Source: Armatimonadota bacterium | GTDB lineage: Bacteria; Armatimonadota; SYMT01 | Direction of reading: 5' to 3' | Assembly (NCBI GenBank): GCA_046292385.1 | Contig: JBKBRF010000034.1 | Span: forward strand, 1-64,000 | Length of the DNA: 64,000 nt | In this document: positions 31,460 through 41,663 of the stretch, piece by piece | Layout: every line of letters starts with the position of its first letter | Position numbering within the stretch: position 1 is the first letter of the stretch | Program-made: the position numbers and the translations under genes | Notes under the pieces: generated by a model | What the model was told of the DNA's origin: nothing | The model's database searches: none | Seen by the model: only the letters and a program-made list of their open reading frames with translations

Positions 31460-31746
31460 CAGGGATTCCGACGGTCCTGGACGAGTCGTCCGGCGCAGTC
31501 GCCCTTCCGAGACTGGATCTCTGCCGCGCCTGGGCACTACGCAGCTCACCGGCATCCGCCGCGACTCGCCCCCGGCCTGCAACCTGGAACGGCCCGCTGA
31601 CTTCTAACAGTGCCGGGAGGGTCTACGCTCCGCTGTTCCCTGCCTCGGGGAGCGGATGCCAACCCGCAGAGGCATCGGGCCTCGGGAGAGCGCTAGGGAC
31701 AGTCTGTGCCTGCTTTCCAAGCTGACGGTCCCAACGGAGACGCGAC

Positions 31747-32073
31747 GTGTTTCGACAGATCCCTGAAGCAGATTGGAAGGTCTTCCGCCGGCTGCAGCCG
31801 CTCGCGATGGACCGGTTCTGCCGGCGAGTTCTGGAGGAGGTGGAGGGAATAGCGGGGGACGCCGGGCGGAGCCCCCACCAGCGGTACCTCGAACTCTATC
31901 GGCTCCTTCAGGAGCGAGACAAGGAGCTGGAGCGCGGTTTCGATACCCCCCGGCGGTCTACCGCTCTGCTTCAGCTCGCGCACATCTACGCCGCGGGTCT
32001 GCTGACCGAGGAAGAGCTCGCCCAGTTCGGAGACGAAACCCGCGGGTTCGTGGAGTGCCTGGTGAACGGATAG
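31747..32073 (+). CDS. Conserved hypothetical protein
   Basis: IPEADWKVFRRL..A..RFC..L, GGAG RBS. Confidence 0.65.
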   Translation: MFRQIPEADWKVFRRLQPLAMDRFCRRVLEEVEGIAGDAGRSPHQRYLELYRLLQERDKELERGFDTPRRSTALLQLAHIYAAGLLTEEELAQFGDETRGFVECLVNG

Positions 32074-32432
32074 CAGGGCCGGTCGTCGAGCTCGGCGGGA
32101 GCGCGACGCGTGAGCCCACCCGGGCGCAGGGCACCTCCGTGACCCGCAGGCAAAGAGAGCGTCGCGGTTCGGTGCATCCGCCGTGCCGAACCAAGGAAGC
32201 GGGGGTCCACAGCCAGTGGCGCGGGGGCTGTGCCGGCCAGAGGCCAAGTGAAGTTCGGGCACACGCATGACTCTGTCTCGACGGACGCGGATTGTCTTCC
32301 GCTCGGCACAATTCGGTGGCGGACCGCGGGCGGGGGCCTGGGCCCCGTGTCGGTCAGGTATCCCCTGGTTACTGCCGCTCCGGAATCCGCCGCTGCGGAG
32401 TAGGCTCCAGCGTCACCAGGTAAAATGCCGCT

Positions 32433-32657
32433 ATGACTACTAACCAGATCGTCGCACGCGACCCCGAAGTCATGAACGGGGCGCTGGTCTTCGCCGGGAC
32501 CCGCGTTCCAGTCGAGGTCTTGATCCAGCATCTCGCGGCGGGAGACTCGCTGGAGCTGTTCCTCGAGGACTTTCCGAGCGTCAGCCGGGAGCAGGCGGTA
32601 GCCTTCCTGCAGTTGGCACTGAAGGAGTTCGAAGCTGAACATGCGTGTGCTGCTTGA
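32433..32657 (+). CDS. DUF433 antitoxin
   Basis: DPEVMNG..VFAGTRVPV..L..G.SLE.FLEDFP. Confidence 0.9.
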   Translation: MTTNQIVARDPEVMNGALVFAGTRVPVEVLIQHLAAGDSLELFLEDFPSVSREQAVAFLQLALKEFEAEHACAA

Positions 32658-32964
32658 CGAGAACCTTCCCCGCCGCCTGAAGCACTACCTGCCCGCGAAC
32701 GTCCAGGCAATGACCGTGGCGGAACGAGGTTGGCCGGGGAAGAAGAACGGCGAGCTGCTCCGAGCGGCACACGCGGAGTTCGATGCATTCTTGACCACCG
32801 ACCAGGGAATCCCCCACCAGCAAAACCTGTCGTGGCTGTCCATGGGCATTGTCGTGTTGCAGGCCCGCAGTAACCGGTTGGAAGACCTAGCGGCGCTCAT
32901 GCCTGCCGTATCCAGCGCGCTGGACACTCTCCAGCCGGGACAAGTGGTCGTTATCTCGGGCTAA
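32641..32964 (+). CDS. DUF5615 PIN-like (VapC45-type) toxin
   Basis: VLLDENLP, NGELL, FLTTDQ; overlaps DUF433 gene. Confidence 0.85.
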   Translation: MRVLLDENLPRRLKHYLPANVQAMTVAERGWPGKKNGELLRAAHAEFDAFLTTDQGIPHQQNLSWLSMGIVVLQARSNRLEDLAALMPAVSSALDTLQPGQVVVISG

Positions 32965-33001
32965 AGAGCAAACCAGGCGCCTGCGATCGATTTTAAGCAT
33001 C

Positions 33002-33466
33002 ATGAATCTCACCGGCATCCACCACGTTTCGATCCTGGTCTCCGACATGGAGCGCGCCGTCGCGTTCTACCGGGACTCGCTGGGCCTCACCGAGGTGAAG
33101 CGGCCCTCCAACTTCGTGACCCCCGTCCGCTGGTTCGAGTTGGGGGAGCAGCAGCTCCACCTGATCCCGAACGACGAGCCGGACGTCGTGAGCCCGCGGC
33201 ACTTTGCGGTGCACGTGGACGACTGCGACGCCGCCCGGGAGACGCTCGCCGCGCGCGGGGTGCCGATCCGGGAGACGGTGCCGATCGCCGGCGCAAAGCG
33301 GTTCTTCATCCACGATCCCGACGGGAACAACATCGAGGTGATCCAGTGGCTCCGCCGGTGGGACGACTGGAGCGAGGAGGAGCTCGGCGTGCCGGACAAC
33401 GGCGACCGGCGCATGATGACCGAAGACCACGCCGCCCGGCGCCGGCAGGAGCTCCCTGGGAGGTGA
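33002..33466 (+). CDS. VOC/glyoxalase family protein
   Basis: IHHVSI..D..FY..LGL, HFA, DPDGNNIE. Confidence 0.9.
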   Translation: MNLTGIHHVSILVSDMERAVAFYRDSLGLTEVKRPSNFVTPVRWFELGEQQLHLIPNDEPDVVSPRHFAVHVDDCDAARETLAARGVPIRETVPIAGAKRFFIHDPDGNNIEVIQWLRRWDDWSEEELGVPDNGDRRMMTEDHAARRRQELPGR

Positions 33467-34434
33467 TGGTCGTGCGGAAAAACGCAGCTCCGGTATTCGG
33501 CGCTCCCCCGGACGAGGTGCCGAGGCACAATGCCCCGGATGAGGCGATCCCGCCGTCACACGGGTGCATCCCGTACGAGCGCCAGTTAGCAGAGAACCCG
33601 AGGTGGGCGTTGAGTGAAGGCAGCCGACATTTCGAGGAGAACAGCGCGGTCTTCCAGGCGCTAGAAAAGATCTCACGCCGGCTTGATGAGTTAGGCGTGG
33701 AGTATGCCGTAGTCGGCGGAATGGCCCTGTTCCAACACGGATACCGCCGGTTTACGGAAGACGTCGACATCCTGGTCACTCCCAAGGATCTCAGAACCAT
33801 CCATCAGCGGCTGGAGGGGCGTGGGTACCGGCCCCCACATCCCCATAGTAAGCACCTCCGAGATACCGAGTTGGGAGTTCGGATCGAGTTCCTGACCTCC
33901 GGCGAGTACCCGGGGGACGGGAAGCCCAAGCCGGTGCAGTTCCCAGATCCTGAAGGTGCGACGGTGGAGCGAGATGGGATCAAGTTTCTCAGCCTTGAGA
34001 AGCTGATCGAACTCAAGCTCGCCTCAGGCATGACCGGAGTTGGCCGTCTTCGCGATCACTCGGATGTCCTGGAGTTAATCAAGCTGATTGGGCTTCCGCG
34101 AGATTACTCCCGGCACCTCGACCCTTACGTCCGTGAGAAGTACGAGGAACTGTGGGCGCAGGCGGTCCGCCGATATGTGACTCTCTGGCGAAATGAGCGG
34201 TTGACAGCCGGTGCTACGAGTATCCAGGAGATGGCGAGCCGCCTTCGTGACGCGGCAGAGCTGCTGGAAGCGATGCAGCGGGACGGTGTGGAGCTTCAGT
34301 CTCTGGACAGCGTGCGTGACGACTGCGTGTTTCTCACCACCACAGACCCGGAAGTCGCTCGTAAATACGACATGGTTGAGGAGACCGAGTTCTGGGATGA
34401 AGCTGCGGAGGCCTCAGAAGCGGATCAGGATTGA
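33466..34434 (+). CDS. Nucleotidyltransferase-fold protein with C-terminal extension
   Basis: VVGGMAL..HGY.RFTEDVDILV, LIELKLASG, RLRD; start uncertain. Confidence 0.75.
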   Translation: MVVRKNAAPVFGAPPDEVPRHNAPDEAIPPSHGCIPYERQLAENPRWALSEGSRHFEENSAVFQALEKISRRLDELGVEYAVVGGMALFQHGYRRFTEDVDILVTPKDLRTIHQRLEGRGYRPPHPHSKHLRDTELGVRIEFLTSGEYPGDGKPKPVQFPDPEGATVERDGIKFLSLEKLIELKLASGMTGVGRLRDHSDVLELIKLIGLPRDYSRHLDPYVREKYEELWAQAVRRYVTLWRNERLTAGATSIQEMASRLRDAAELLEAMQRDGVELQSLDSVRDDCVFLTTTDPEVARKYDMVEETEFWDEAAEASEADQD

Positions 34435-34560
34435 GTCGCCTCCCAGGATCGGCAGAGAGTGTCCCAGTACCTGGCGTGCCGGACAACCGCGCCCGGCGCC
34501 GGCAGGAGCTGCCGCGGCATTAGGCTCCCCGCTGCGACCGGCTCCGCGCGAGGCACGCCG

Positions 34561-34926
34561 CTACTCCGAGGGCTCTTCCACCACGTCCTGGATCCGGCGC
34601 TCGGCGATGTTGAGGTCCAGGCTGCTGCGGTCCCGCACGATGTCCCGCACGGTCTCGTTCACGGTGCCGAGGTCTTCCAGCAGGTCTCGCAGGATCTCCT
34701 GCTGCTGCCGGGCGCGGGTCACCTCGCGCGGCTCGCGGACCAGGTCCCGGACCAGCGAGTCTTCCGCGCGGGAGGCAACCAGCGGCTCTTCCTGCCCCTC
34801 TACGAAGACGAAGGTACGGCGCCCGGGTCCCCGCTCCTCTTCGATCGGCACGATCGCGGTGACCCGGTCGGACCGTACGTACTTCCCGTAGCCCAACGGC
34901 ACCAGCACCCCCAGTTGGATCCGCAT
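34561..34926 (-). CDS. Conserved hypothetical protein (DUF370/RemA-like N-terminus plus coiled coil)
   Basis: LVPLGYGKYVRSDRV.AI, RRT, GGGAGG RBS. Confidence 0.6.
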   Translation of the reverse strand: MRIQLGVLVPLGYGKYVRSDRVTAIVPIEEERGPGRRTFVFVEGQEEPLVASRAEDSLVRDLVREPREVTRARQQQEILRDLLEDLGTVNETVRDIVRDRSSLDLNIAERRIQDVVEEPSE

Positions 34927-35126
34927 GGCCGGTCCTCCCTTTACCCTCCTCTACCCATCTCGAGCTTCCGGTTAGCCGCCAGGCTTGACACTGTCGTGCG
35001 TGCTGCGAGTGGACGAGCGCCGGTATCATAGCTCTGGCAACTCTGAATGGTTCTCGGCTCTTGCCAGCCCGCTTCCCGGCTCCGCCTCCGCGGCGCCAAC
35101 CGTGGGACACGGCGTCCCACCACCTG

Positions 35127-36659
35127 ATGTCAGCAGACCTCTCGCCGACCCAGCAGCAAGCGTTCGAACTCCTGCTGCGCGGCCTCTCGCTCGGCTCGAT
35201 CGTCACCCTACACGGCACCGAGGGGATGGGAAAGACCACCCTCCTCCGCGCCCTGCACCGGCAGCTTGGCGGCGTGCTCCTGGACATGAAGGAGTATGTC
35301 GAAGAGCTTCGCGGCTCACACCCGCTCGCCATGGAAGAGGCGTTCGAGCGTCTCCTGATGGCGGCGCTACGGGAGCACGAGGTGGTGCTGGTGGACGACC
35401 TCGACCTGCTCGTGAACGTGGTGGGCGGCTGCGGCAACTACCCCCGCGCCGGGTTTCTGGACGCCGCGGCAAAGGTGGTCGCCATCTTCGCCGCCGAAGC
35501 CGGCAAGAAGCTGGTCCTGGCGGGCGCCGCTCCGGGCCCGATGTCGAGCCGCGCCTATTCCGCCTACGTCTACCGGTTTGCCTCGGAAGACTATGCCTTC
35601 ATCTGCCGCCACTTGCTGGGTGAGGAGGTGGCGAGCCGCCTCGATTTCCAGAAGGTCCACCGGTTCGCGTCTCACCTGGATGGGCACCAGCTCCGCAGCG
35701 CGTGTACCTGGCTGCGATCGGAGCCGGGGCTCGATACGGAGCAGTTCATCGAGTACCTGCAGGAGCAGGGCCTCAGCAGCAACGTCGAGCTTGCGGAGGT
35801 CCAGGCGGTCTCGCTGGAGGATATCCGCGGCTGCGACGACGTGATCCGCAGCCTGATCGCGAACATCGTCGTACCGCTGGAGCGAGACGACCTGGCGCTG
35901 GAGCTGGGCCTCAAGCCGAAGCGCGGCGTGCTGCTGGCGGGACCGCCCGGAACGGGGAAGACGACAGTCGGCCGCGCCCTCGCCCACCGGCTGCGCGGCA
36001 AGTTCTTCCTGGTCGACGGCACCGTCATCGCCGGCTCCAGTCACTTCTACGGGCAGATCCACCACATCTTCGAGTCCGCGAAGCACAACGCGCCGGCGGT
36101 GATCTTCATCGACGACTGCGACGTGATCTTCGAGACGGGCGAGGAGATGGGCCTCTACCGCTACCTGCTCACCATGCTCGACGGCCTGGAGAGCGAGAGC
36201 GCCGGCCGCGTCTGCCTGATGCTCACCGCCATGGACGTGGCGAACATCCCACCCGCGCTGCTCCGGTCCGGCCGCGTGGAGCTGTGGCTGGAGATGACGC
36301 TGCCGGACGCGCAGGCCCGGCGGGAGATCTTCGAGCGGCACCTGGCCGGCGCGGCGGGAGAGATGGGCCGTCCGGACCTCGACCGGATGGTGGAGGCGAC
36401 CGAAGGCTTCTCCGGCGCGGACCTGAAGCGGCTGGTGGAGGACGGCAAGAACCTCTACGCCTACGACCGCGCCATGGAGACGCCGACCGCGGAGAGCACC
36501 GGCTACTACCTGCGAGCCATCAAGACGGTGCTGGAGAACCGCGCCCGCTACGAGGCCGCCGACGCCCGCGCCCGCGCCCGCCGCGCCAGCACCCGGCCCG
36601 GCCCCCGCTCCGACTACGGCCCGTTCCCGGGTCTCTCCACGCTGGATTACGAGGAGTAG
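35127..36659 (+). CDS. AAA+ ATPase with two P-loop domains
   Basis: GTEGMGKTT/VLVDD and GPPGTGKT/IFIDD, ALLRSGR, GFSGADL. Confidence 0.88.
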   Translation: MSADLSPTQQQAFELLLRGLSLGSIVTLHGTEGMGKTTLLRALHRQLGGVLLDMKEYVEELRGSHPLAMEEAFERLLMAALREHEVVLVDDLDLLVNVVGGCGNYPRAGFLDAAAKVVAIFAAEAGKKLVLAGAAPGPMSSRAYSAYVYRFASEDYAFICRHLLGEEVASRLDFQKVHRFASHLDGHQLRSACTWLRSEPGLDTEQFIEYLQEQGLSSNVELAEVQAVSLEDIRGCDDVIRSLIANIVVPLERDDLALELGLKPKRGVLLAGPPGTGKTTVGRALAHRLRGKFFLVDGTVIAGSSHFYGQIHHIFESAKHNAPAVIFIDDCDVIFETGEEMGLYRYLLTMLDGLESESAGRVCLMLTAMDVANIPPALLRSGRVELWLEMTLPDAQARREIFERHLAGAAGEMGRPDLDRMVEATEGFSGADLKRLVEDGKNLYAYDRAMETPTAESTGYYLRAIKTVLENRARYEAADARARARRASTRPGPRSDYGPFPGLSTLDYEE

Positions 36660-36670
36660 CGCGCGGACCA

Positions 36671-36743
36671 GGAGTGGGTGAAAGGGAGAGTGGGGGAGTG
36701 GGAGATCCGAACCCGAACGGAGCTGCCCCCACTCTCTCCCCTC
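36671..36743. repeat. Octamer-array inverted-repeat element (copy B)
   Basis: GGAGTGGG-TGAAAGGG-AGAGTGGG-GGAGTGGG, then TCCG..CGGA, then CCCCCACTCTCTCCC. Confidence 0.55.
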
Positions 36744-36842
36744 AAGGCGAGGACGGCTCGTGAGGACGGCTTCGTAGAGCCACCGAGAGGAGAGCGATTG
36801 GGTCGTATCCGCGGTGTCTCGAGGCGGAATATGGGCGTCAGG

Positions 36843-37065
36843 ATGATCCACACAGTTGAAGCCGTTATTGACGAAGCCGGCAAGGTGCACCTGCTGGAGA
36901 GCGTCGAGCTTCCGGAAGCTCGACGGGCACTGGGTGACCATCTTGGAAGAGCCCGCATCGGTCACGCCAGAGATAGCTCACTTGAGCGAACCCGCACTCG
37001 GCGACTGGAGTCGCCCCGAGGAGGATGCTGCCTGGTCTCACCTCCAATCGACGGGCGCGCAGTAA
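36843..37065 (+). pseudogene. Orphan antitoxin-like gene (WxRPEEDAAW type), frameshifted at 36932-36934
   Basis: MIHTVEAVIDEAGKVHLLE..RRAL joins VTILEE..LSEPALGDWSRPEEDAAWSHLQ if one G is removed. Confidence 0.7.
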
Positions 37066-37424
37066 GGTTGGATCAGGAGGGGCTATGCGATTTCAAGCAA
37101 TTCGGCTGGGGCACGGCCAGCACGCAGATTGGAGCAGGATCACCCACGTCCGGGTGAAGGTTGGCGCGGCCGGAGATACCGCTGCTGGACAGCGCGTCCT
37201 CGACCACATCCGTTCCCGCGCGGATCAGCACGGCATCGCAGCCATCACAGCCATCGAGGCGGACTTCCCCGCGCGAAAGACGGACCTGCCCCATCCCCGC
37301 GGCATGCAAGTCGACCTTCGCCATTTGGCCAACGACCGGAATGCCGGGAGCAGCGCGCAAGACAAGGGGCTGCTGGAACTCGGCTGGCTGGAGTAGAAGC
37401 AGCTCGATTCAAATTCCTACGGGA

Positions 37425-37456
37425 GACGGCCCGTCCCGTATCCGGGACGGGCCGTC
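37425..37456. terminator. 14-bp perfect hairpin downstream of the Zn-ADH gene
   Basis: GACGGCCCGTCCCG-TATC-CGGGACGGGCCGTC; no clear U-tract. Confidence 0.5.
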
Positions 37457-37486
37457 GTGCTCAGCGGTGGCAATGTCCGGAGGAAC

Positions 37487-38704
37487 CTATGCAGTAACGC
37501 CGGCGTGGCGAGCATGGCCGTTGGAGCGCTGCATGCCTGGCTTCAGGATCACCTTCACGCAGTCGTCGGTCTTGCTCAGGAACATCTGGTAGGCGTCCGG
37601 AGCGGCGTCGAGCGGCATCTCGTGGGTGATGATGAAGGTCGGGTCGATGTCGCCGTTCTGGATCCGCTCCAGGAGCGGCCGCATGTAGCGGTGCACGTGC
37701 GTCTGGCCGGTCTTCAGCGTGAGCGACCGGTTCATGAACGAGCCGATCGGGAACTTGTCGATGAACCCGCCGTAGACGCCGATCACGGAGACGATCCCCC
37801 CGTTCCGGCAGGCGTGGATCGCGTCCCGCAGCACGATCGGGCGGTCGGTCTCCAGCCGCATCGCCTGCTTGGTGCGGTCGTACCAGTAGAGCGGGGGAGG
37901 GGTGTGCGCCTCCATGCCGACCGCGTCGATGCAGGCGTCCGGGCCGCGGCCGGCGGTCATCTCCCGCAGGGCGTCGAGGACGTTCAACTCTTCGTAGTTC
38001 AGCGTCTCCGCGCCGGCTTTCTCCCGCGCCATCTTGAGCCGGGCGGGGTAGCGGTCGATGGCGATCACCCGCTCCGCACCCAGCATGTAGGCGCTGGCGA
38101 TGGCGAACTGGCCCACCGGCCCGCAGCCCCAGACGGCGATGGTGTCGCCCGGCTTGATGTCGCACATCTCGGCGCCCATGTAGCCGGTAGGGAGGATGTC
38201 GGAAAGGAAGAGCACCTGCTCGTCCGTCATCCCCTCCGGGATCTTCAGCGGACCCACGTCCGCGAACGGCACGCGCGCGTACTCCGCCTGGCCGCCCGCG
38301 TAGCCGCCGGTCAGGTGGGAGTAGCCGAAGATGCCGCAGGGGGAGTGGCCCCACAGCTTCTCCGCCATCCAGGCGTTCGGGTTGGAGTTCTCACACAGGG
38401 AGAACATCTCCGACTGGCAGGCGCCGCAGTTGCCGCAGGAGATCGGGAACGGCACCACCACGCGGTCGCCGACCTTCAGGTTGTTCACCCCGCGGCCCAC
38501 TTCCACCACCTCGCCCATGAACTCGTGGCCGAGGATGTCTCCCTTCTGCATGCTCGGGATGAAGCCGTCGTACAGGTGCAGGTCGGAGCCGCAGATCGCC
38601 GTGGAGGTGATCCGCACGATCGCGTCCCGGTCGCTCAGGATCTTCGGGTCAGGGACTTCCTTCACCTCAACCCGGTTCACGCCCATCCAGCAGTTCGCTT
38701 TCAT
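37487..38704 (-). CDS. Zn-dependent alcohol/formaldehyde dehydrogenase (YbdR/AdhB-like)
   Basis: ICGSDLH, GHEFMG, CGNCGAC..C, GCGPVG. Confidence 0.92.
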   Translation of the reverse strand: MKANCWMGVNRVEVKEVPDPKILSDRDAIVRITSTAICGSDLHLYDGFIPSMQKGDILGHEFMGEVVEVGRGVNNLKVGDRVVVPFPISCGNCGACQSEMFSLCENSNPNAWMAEKLWGHSPCGIFGYSHLTGGYAGGQAEYARVPFADVGPLKIPEGMTDEQVLFLSDILPTGYMGAEMCDIKPGDTIAVWGCGPVGQFAIASAYMLGAERVIAIDRYPARLKMAREKAGAETLNYEELNVLDALREMTAGRGPDACIDAVGMEAHTPPPLYWYDRTKQAMRLETDRPIVLRDAIHACRNGGIVSVIGVYGGFIDKFPIGSFMNRSLTLKTGQTHVHRYMRPLLERIQNGDIDPTFIITHEMPLDAAPDAYQMFLSKTDDCVKVILKPGMQRSNGHARHAGVTA

Positions 38705-38747
38705 CGCTTCTCCTCGAAAAGGTGTCAAGGTACCACGGCGCCGCGCG

Positions 38748-39797
38748 TCACCGGGTCTCGCTCATCTCGCGCGTGGAGAGCGGCTGTGCCGCGTGCTGCG
38801 GCCAGGAGAGGGTGGTCATGCTCCCGTCGGAGCGCACGACGTCGCCTGTCTCCAACACCTGCTTGAAATGGCGCAGGTTCTCCTCGAGCTGGGACTCGGG
38901 GTCCTTGTTGAAGAGCTTCGCGACCGCCGCGCCGAGGCCGCCGCCGGGGGGCGAATACTGGATCTCCACCCGGACCTCCGTGCCGCGGCCGCGGGGCGCG
39001 GCGTCGAAGCGCACCCAGCCGGACGTCTCCACCTGCGAGCCCGGCAGCGACCGCCACGCGATCCGCTCGTTGGGGCGGTCGTCGGTGATCTCCGCGTCCC
39101 ACTCCACCAGCACGTTTCCGGGCCCGCGAGCGCACCAGCGGGAGCGGGTCTCGCTCAGCACGTCGATCGACTCAAGCTGGCTCATAAACCGGGGCAGGTT
39201 CTCCAGCCGGCGCCAGTGGCGGTAGACCTCTTCGACCGGCCGGTTGATCGTGATCGCCTTCACCCGGGAGAGGTAGTCGCGCACCGCCCGCCCTTCGGGG
39301 GTGGAGGGAGCGGCGCTGAGCTGCTGGGCGTTGAGAGCGTCGACCACGGCGATCCCGGCTACCACGGCCGCCGCCGCGGCGGCACGGGTCCGATCGGTGT
39401 CGTCGGAGCGCATCGCCGTGCCGAGCAGCGAGAGGTCCATCACGTCGCCCGCCACGCGGGACCAGACCCAGCCGGCCGGCCGTGCCTGCGAGAGGATGCC
39501 CAGGCCGCTCACGATCTCCCGCGCGCCGACCAGGCGCACCAGCTTCTGGTTCTCCTCGCTGTCGCGCACGCCGACCAGCCGTGCTACCACCTGCGGCGCC
39601 GCCAGACCCGCGAGGCCGAGGCCCAGGCTCAGCCACCCCAGCGCGTTGGCGAACTGCTCGGACGGCGCGGTGGCGCCGTTACTCCGAAAGGCGTCCGGCG
39701 GCTCTTCCAGCCGGACCCGGGTCTGGCCCTCACTGCCGTACATCTCGGCCTCGCTCATTGCTCGGCTGCTCACGGTTCTGCCCTCCTGCCGCGGCAT
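38748..39797 (-). CDS. SRPBCC cyclase/dehydrase family protein with membrane N-terminus
   Basis: [35 protein letters not shown]; alternative start 39758. Confidence 0.88.
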   Translation of the reverse strand: MPRQEGRTVSSRAMSEAEMYGSEGQTRVRLEEPPDAFRSNGATAPSEQFANALGWLSLGLGLAGLAAPQVVARLVGVRDSEENQKLVRLVGAREIVSGLGILSQARPAGWVWSRVAGDVMDLSLLGTAMRSDDTDRTRAAAAAAVVAGIAVVDALNAQQLSAAPSTPEGRAVRDYLSRVKAITINRPVEEVYRHWRRLENLPRFMSQLESIDVLSETRSRWCARGPGNVLVEWDAEITDDRPNERIAWRSLPGSQVETSGWVRFDAAPRGRGTEVRVEIQYSPPGGGLGAAVAKLFNKDPESQLEENLRHFKQVLETGDVVRSDGSMTTLSWPQHAAQPLSTREMSETR

Positions 39798-39902
39798 GTC
39801 CCGGGCCCGCCGGAGAGTCGGCGGCCGGGGTGGATCGGGGAGTGTGCCGGTACGCTCTCGCGGGACGGCGAGCCAGGAGCAGCGCCGCCCTTGTGAGCCA
39901 AA

Positions 39903-39928
39903 CTACCCGGCATTCGGGGGCGCAAAAC
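39903..39928 (-). promoter_or_regulatory. SigB/SigF-type promoter for the SRPBCC-ADH operon
   Basis: Minus strand GTTT-N16-GGGTAG. Confidence 0.55.
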
Positions 39929-40033
39929 GCGCGGGGGGCGGAAGAGATGAATAGCTCGCCGGGACGGCAATCCGCTGGGAGCAGAGAGGGCTCGGCAGCG
40001 CCCGGACGGGTTCTCGTGAGGGAAGCGCCGCCG

Positions 40034-41164
40034 TCAGAGACCCTGGAAGGCGGCGTCGAACGCGAGCGCCCACGGCGGGCGGAGGAAGCCGAGGGCCCGC
40101 ACGTCCTGCTGCCAGTAACCGAACGGCGAGTGCCGCGAGTAGCTGCCGCCGCCGAGGATGCGGCAGAGGCGGGTGAGCAGCACTTCGGAGAGCTCCGCGA
40201 TGGCGAGCTTGCCCAGCCGGGTGCCGACCGGCGTGCCGGGGCTTGCCTCGACCTCTCGGAGCATGCCGTCGTAAGCCCGGTCGATCAGCCAGCTCTCCGT
40301 CTCCGCCCGCACCCACTCGGCCTGCTCGAAGGACCGCAGGCTTTCCTTCCGGCGGCGAAGCTGCTCCCGGGCGGTCGCCATGGCCACCTGCGCGATCCCG
40401 GTCACCACCGCGGCGAAGTAGCAGGAGATCGCGCCGCCGGCCGCCTTCTGCAGGCCGAGGAGGTTTCCCGGCCAGGCAAAGCGCGCGGCGGGGTAGCCCT
40501 CGAACCGGAACGCGTGGCTCTGGGTCGCCGTCATGCCGTGGCCGTCCCACTCCGCCAACAGCGTCATCCCGCCGGTGCCGTCCCACTCCGCGCCGCGGAC
40601 GTCCAGGAAGAACCAGTCCGGCTCCGGCTCGCCGTCCGGCAAGGCGGAGGTGAGGACGAACGACGTGATCCCCGAGCCGCTCCCGAAGTGCTTGCTGCCG
40701 GTGATCCGGTAGCCCGTGCCGTCCCACTCCGCCCGGGTGCGGGTCTGGGAGACGTCGCCGCCGCTCCCCGGCTCGGAAGTGATGGTGCCCCACCAGGCGC
40801 CCTCGGCGGCGCTCCGGAAGACCTCCCGCCGCTGCGGCTCCCAGGCATCCCGGTACGGTGCGGGCGCCTCCGGAGAGGCGAGCCAGAAGGTGAGGACGGA
40901 GGGGTGCATGGCGGCGACCAGCGCCAACGACGAGTCGCCCTGCGCCAGCGTCCGCAGCGCCTCGCAGATCGGCCGGGTCGACTCCGCCACGCTCCGCCAC
41001 GAGCCGCCGAGCGGCTCCGGCACCGCCGCGCGGAGGAAGCCGAGCGCCTCGAGCCGCTCGAAGTCCGCCGGGTCGAGCGCCCGCCGCCGCTGCCGGGCGT
41101 TCCGCTCGACGGCCATCTCGGCGGCAAAGGCCTGGATCTGGGGCAGCAGCTCTCGCTCGCGCAC
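40034..41164 (-). CDS. Acyl-CoA dehydrogenase/flavin-dependent monooxygenase family protein
   Basis: SEPGSGGD, ITGSKHFGSG, WDGHGM.ATQS, LGGGSY. Confidence 0.82.
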   Translation of the reverse strand: MRERELLPQIQAFAAEMAVERNARQRRRALDPADFERLEALGFLRAAVPEPLGGSWRSVAESTRPICEALRTLAQGDSSLALVAAMHPSVLTFWLASPEAPAPYRDAWEPQRREVFRSAAEGAWWGTITSEPGSGGDVSQTRTRAEWDGTGYRITGSKHFGSGSGITSFVLTSALPDGEPEPDWFFLDVRGAEWDGTGGMTLLAEWDGHGMTATQSHAFRFEGYPAARFAWPGNLLGLQKAAGGAISCYFAAVVTGIAQVAMATAREQLRRRKESLRSFEQAEWVRAETESWLIDRAYDGMLREVEASPGTPVGTRLGKLAIAELSEVLLTRLCRILGGGSYSRHSPFGYWQQDVRALGFLRPPWALAFDAAFQGL

Positions 41165-41663
41165 GGTCTCTCCTCCGAATGGAATTGCACCACCCCGTTA
41201 GGTACCTGGACCGAAGATGCCTGTACCTATCTCGACGTGAGTTCTTGTCGAGCCGCGGAGACTCTCCGTGGAGAGACCCTGAGGAGCCCGGAAGCGCTGC
41301 CGGCAGGCAGGGCGGGAGGGGTCCCCTTGTGAGGCCCCCCGGGTGCCCGCTTGCGGGCGGTAGGGGGCCTCGCTTGAGCCGCCTGGAGCGGCCCGTGAGT
41401 CGTCGTCTCGCTGCAGGCGCCGCCTGCGGACGCGGAACGGAGCGCGCGGGGAGCACGCCCGCAGCGCCCGCTAGCAGAGGCGCAGCCGGAGCGTCAAAGG
41501 GCCGCGGAGGGCCACCCACGCGGGAGGGCCGCTCCGGGAGGTGAGGGCGGGGGGTGGATCCCCGGTGAGCTGACGGTGCCGCCAGGAGGCACTCTCCCTT
41601 GGTGAACACGCTTGGAGGGCGACGCCTCTACCTGTGTCGGAGCGAGCCGAAGGAGCCTGCGCA

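Noticed and set aside
32160..32400. SRP-like or other ncRNA
   Set aside because: Some hairpins, but the SRP core motif is not present
16000..35000. Integron cassette array
   Set aside because: Scattered TAAC/GTTAG words occur but I found no paired RYYYAAC..GTTRRRY attC with internal symmetry and no integrase; IntegronFinder would settle it
37025..37396. Short ORFs after the orphan antitoxin as a MazF/PemK toxin
   Set aside because: None of the ORF-track translations shows PemK motifs
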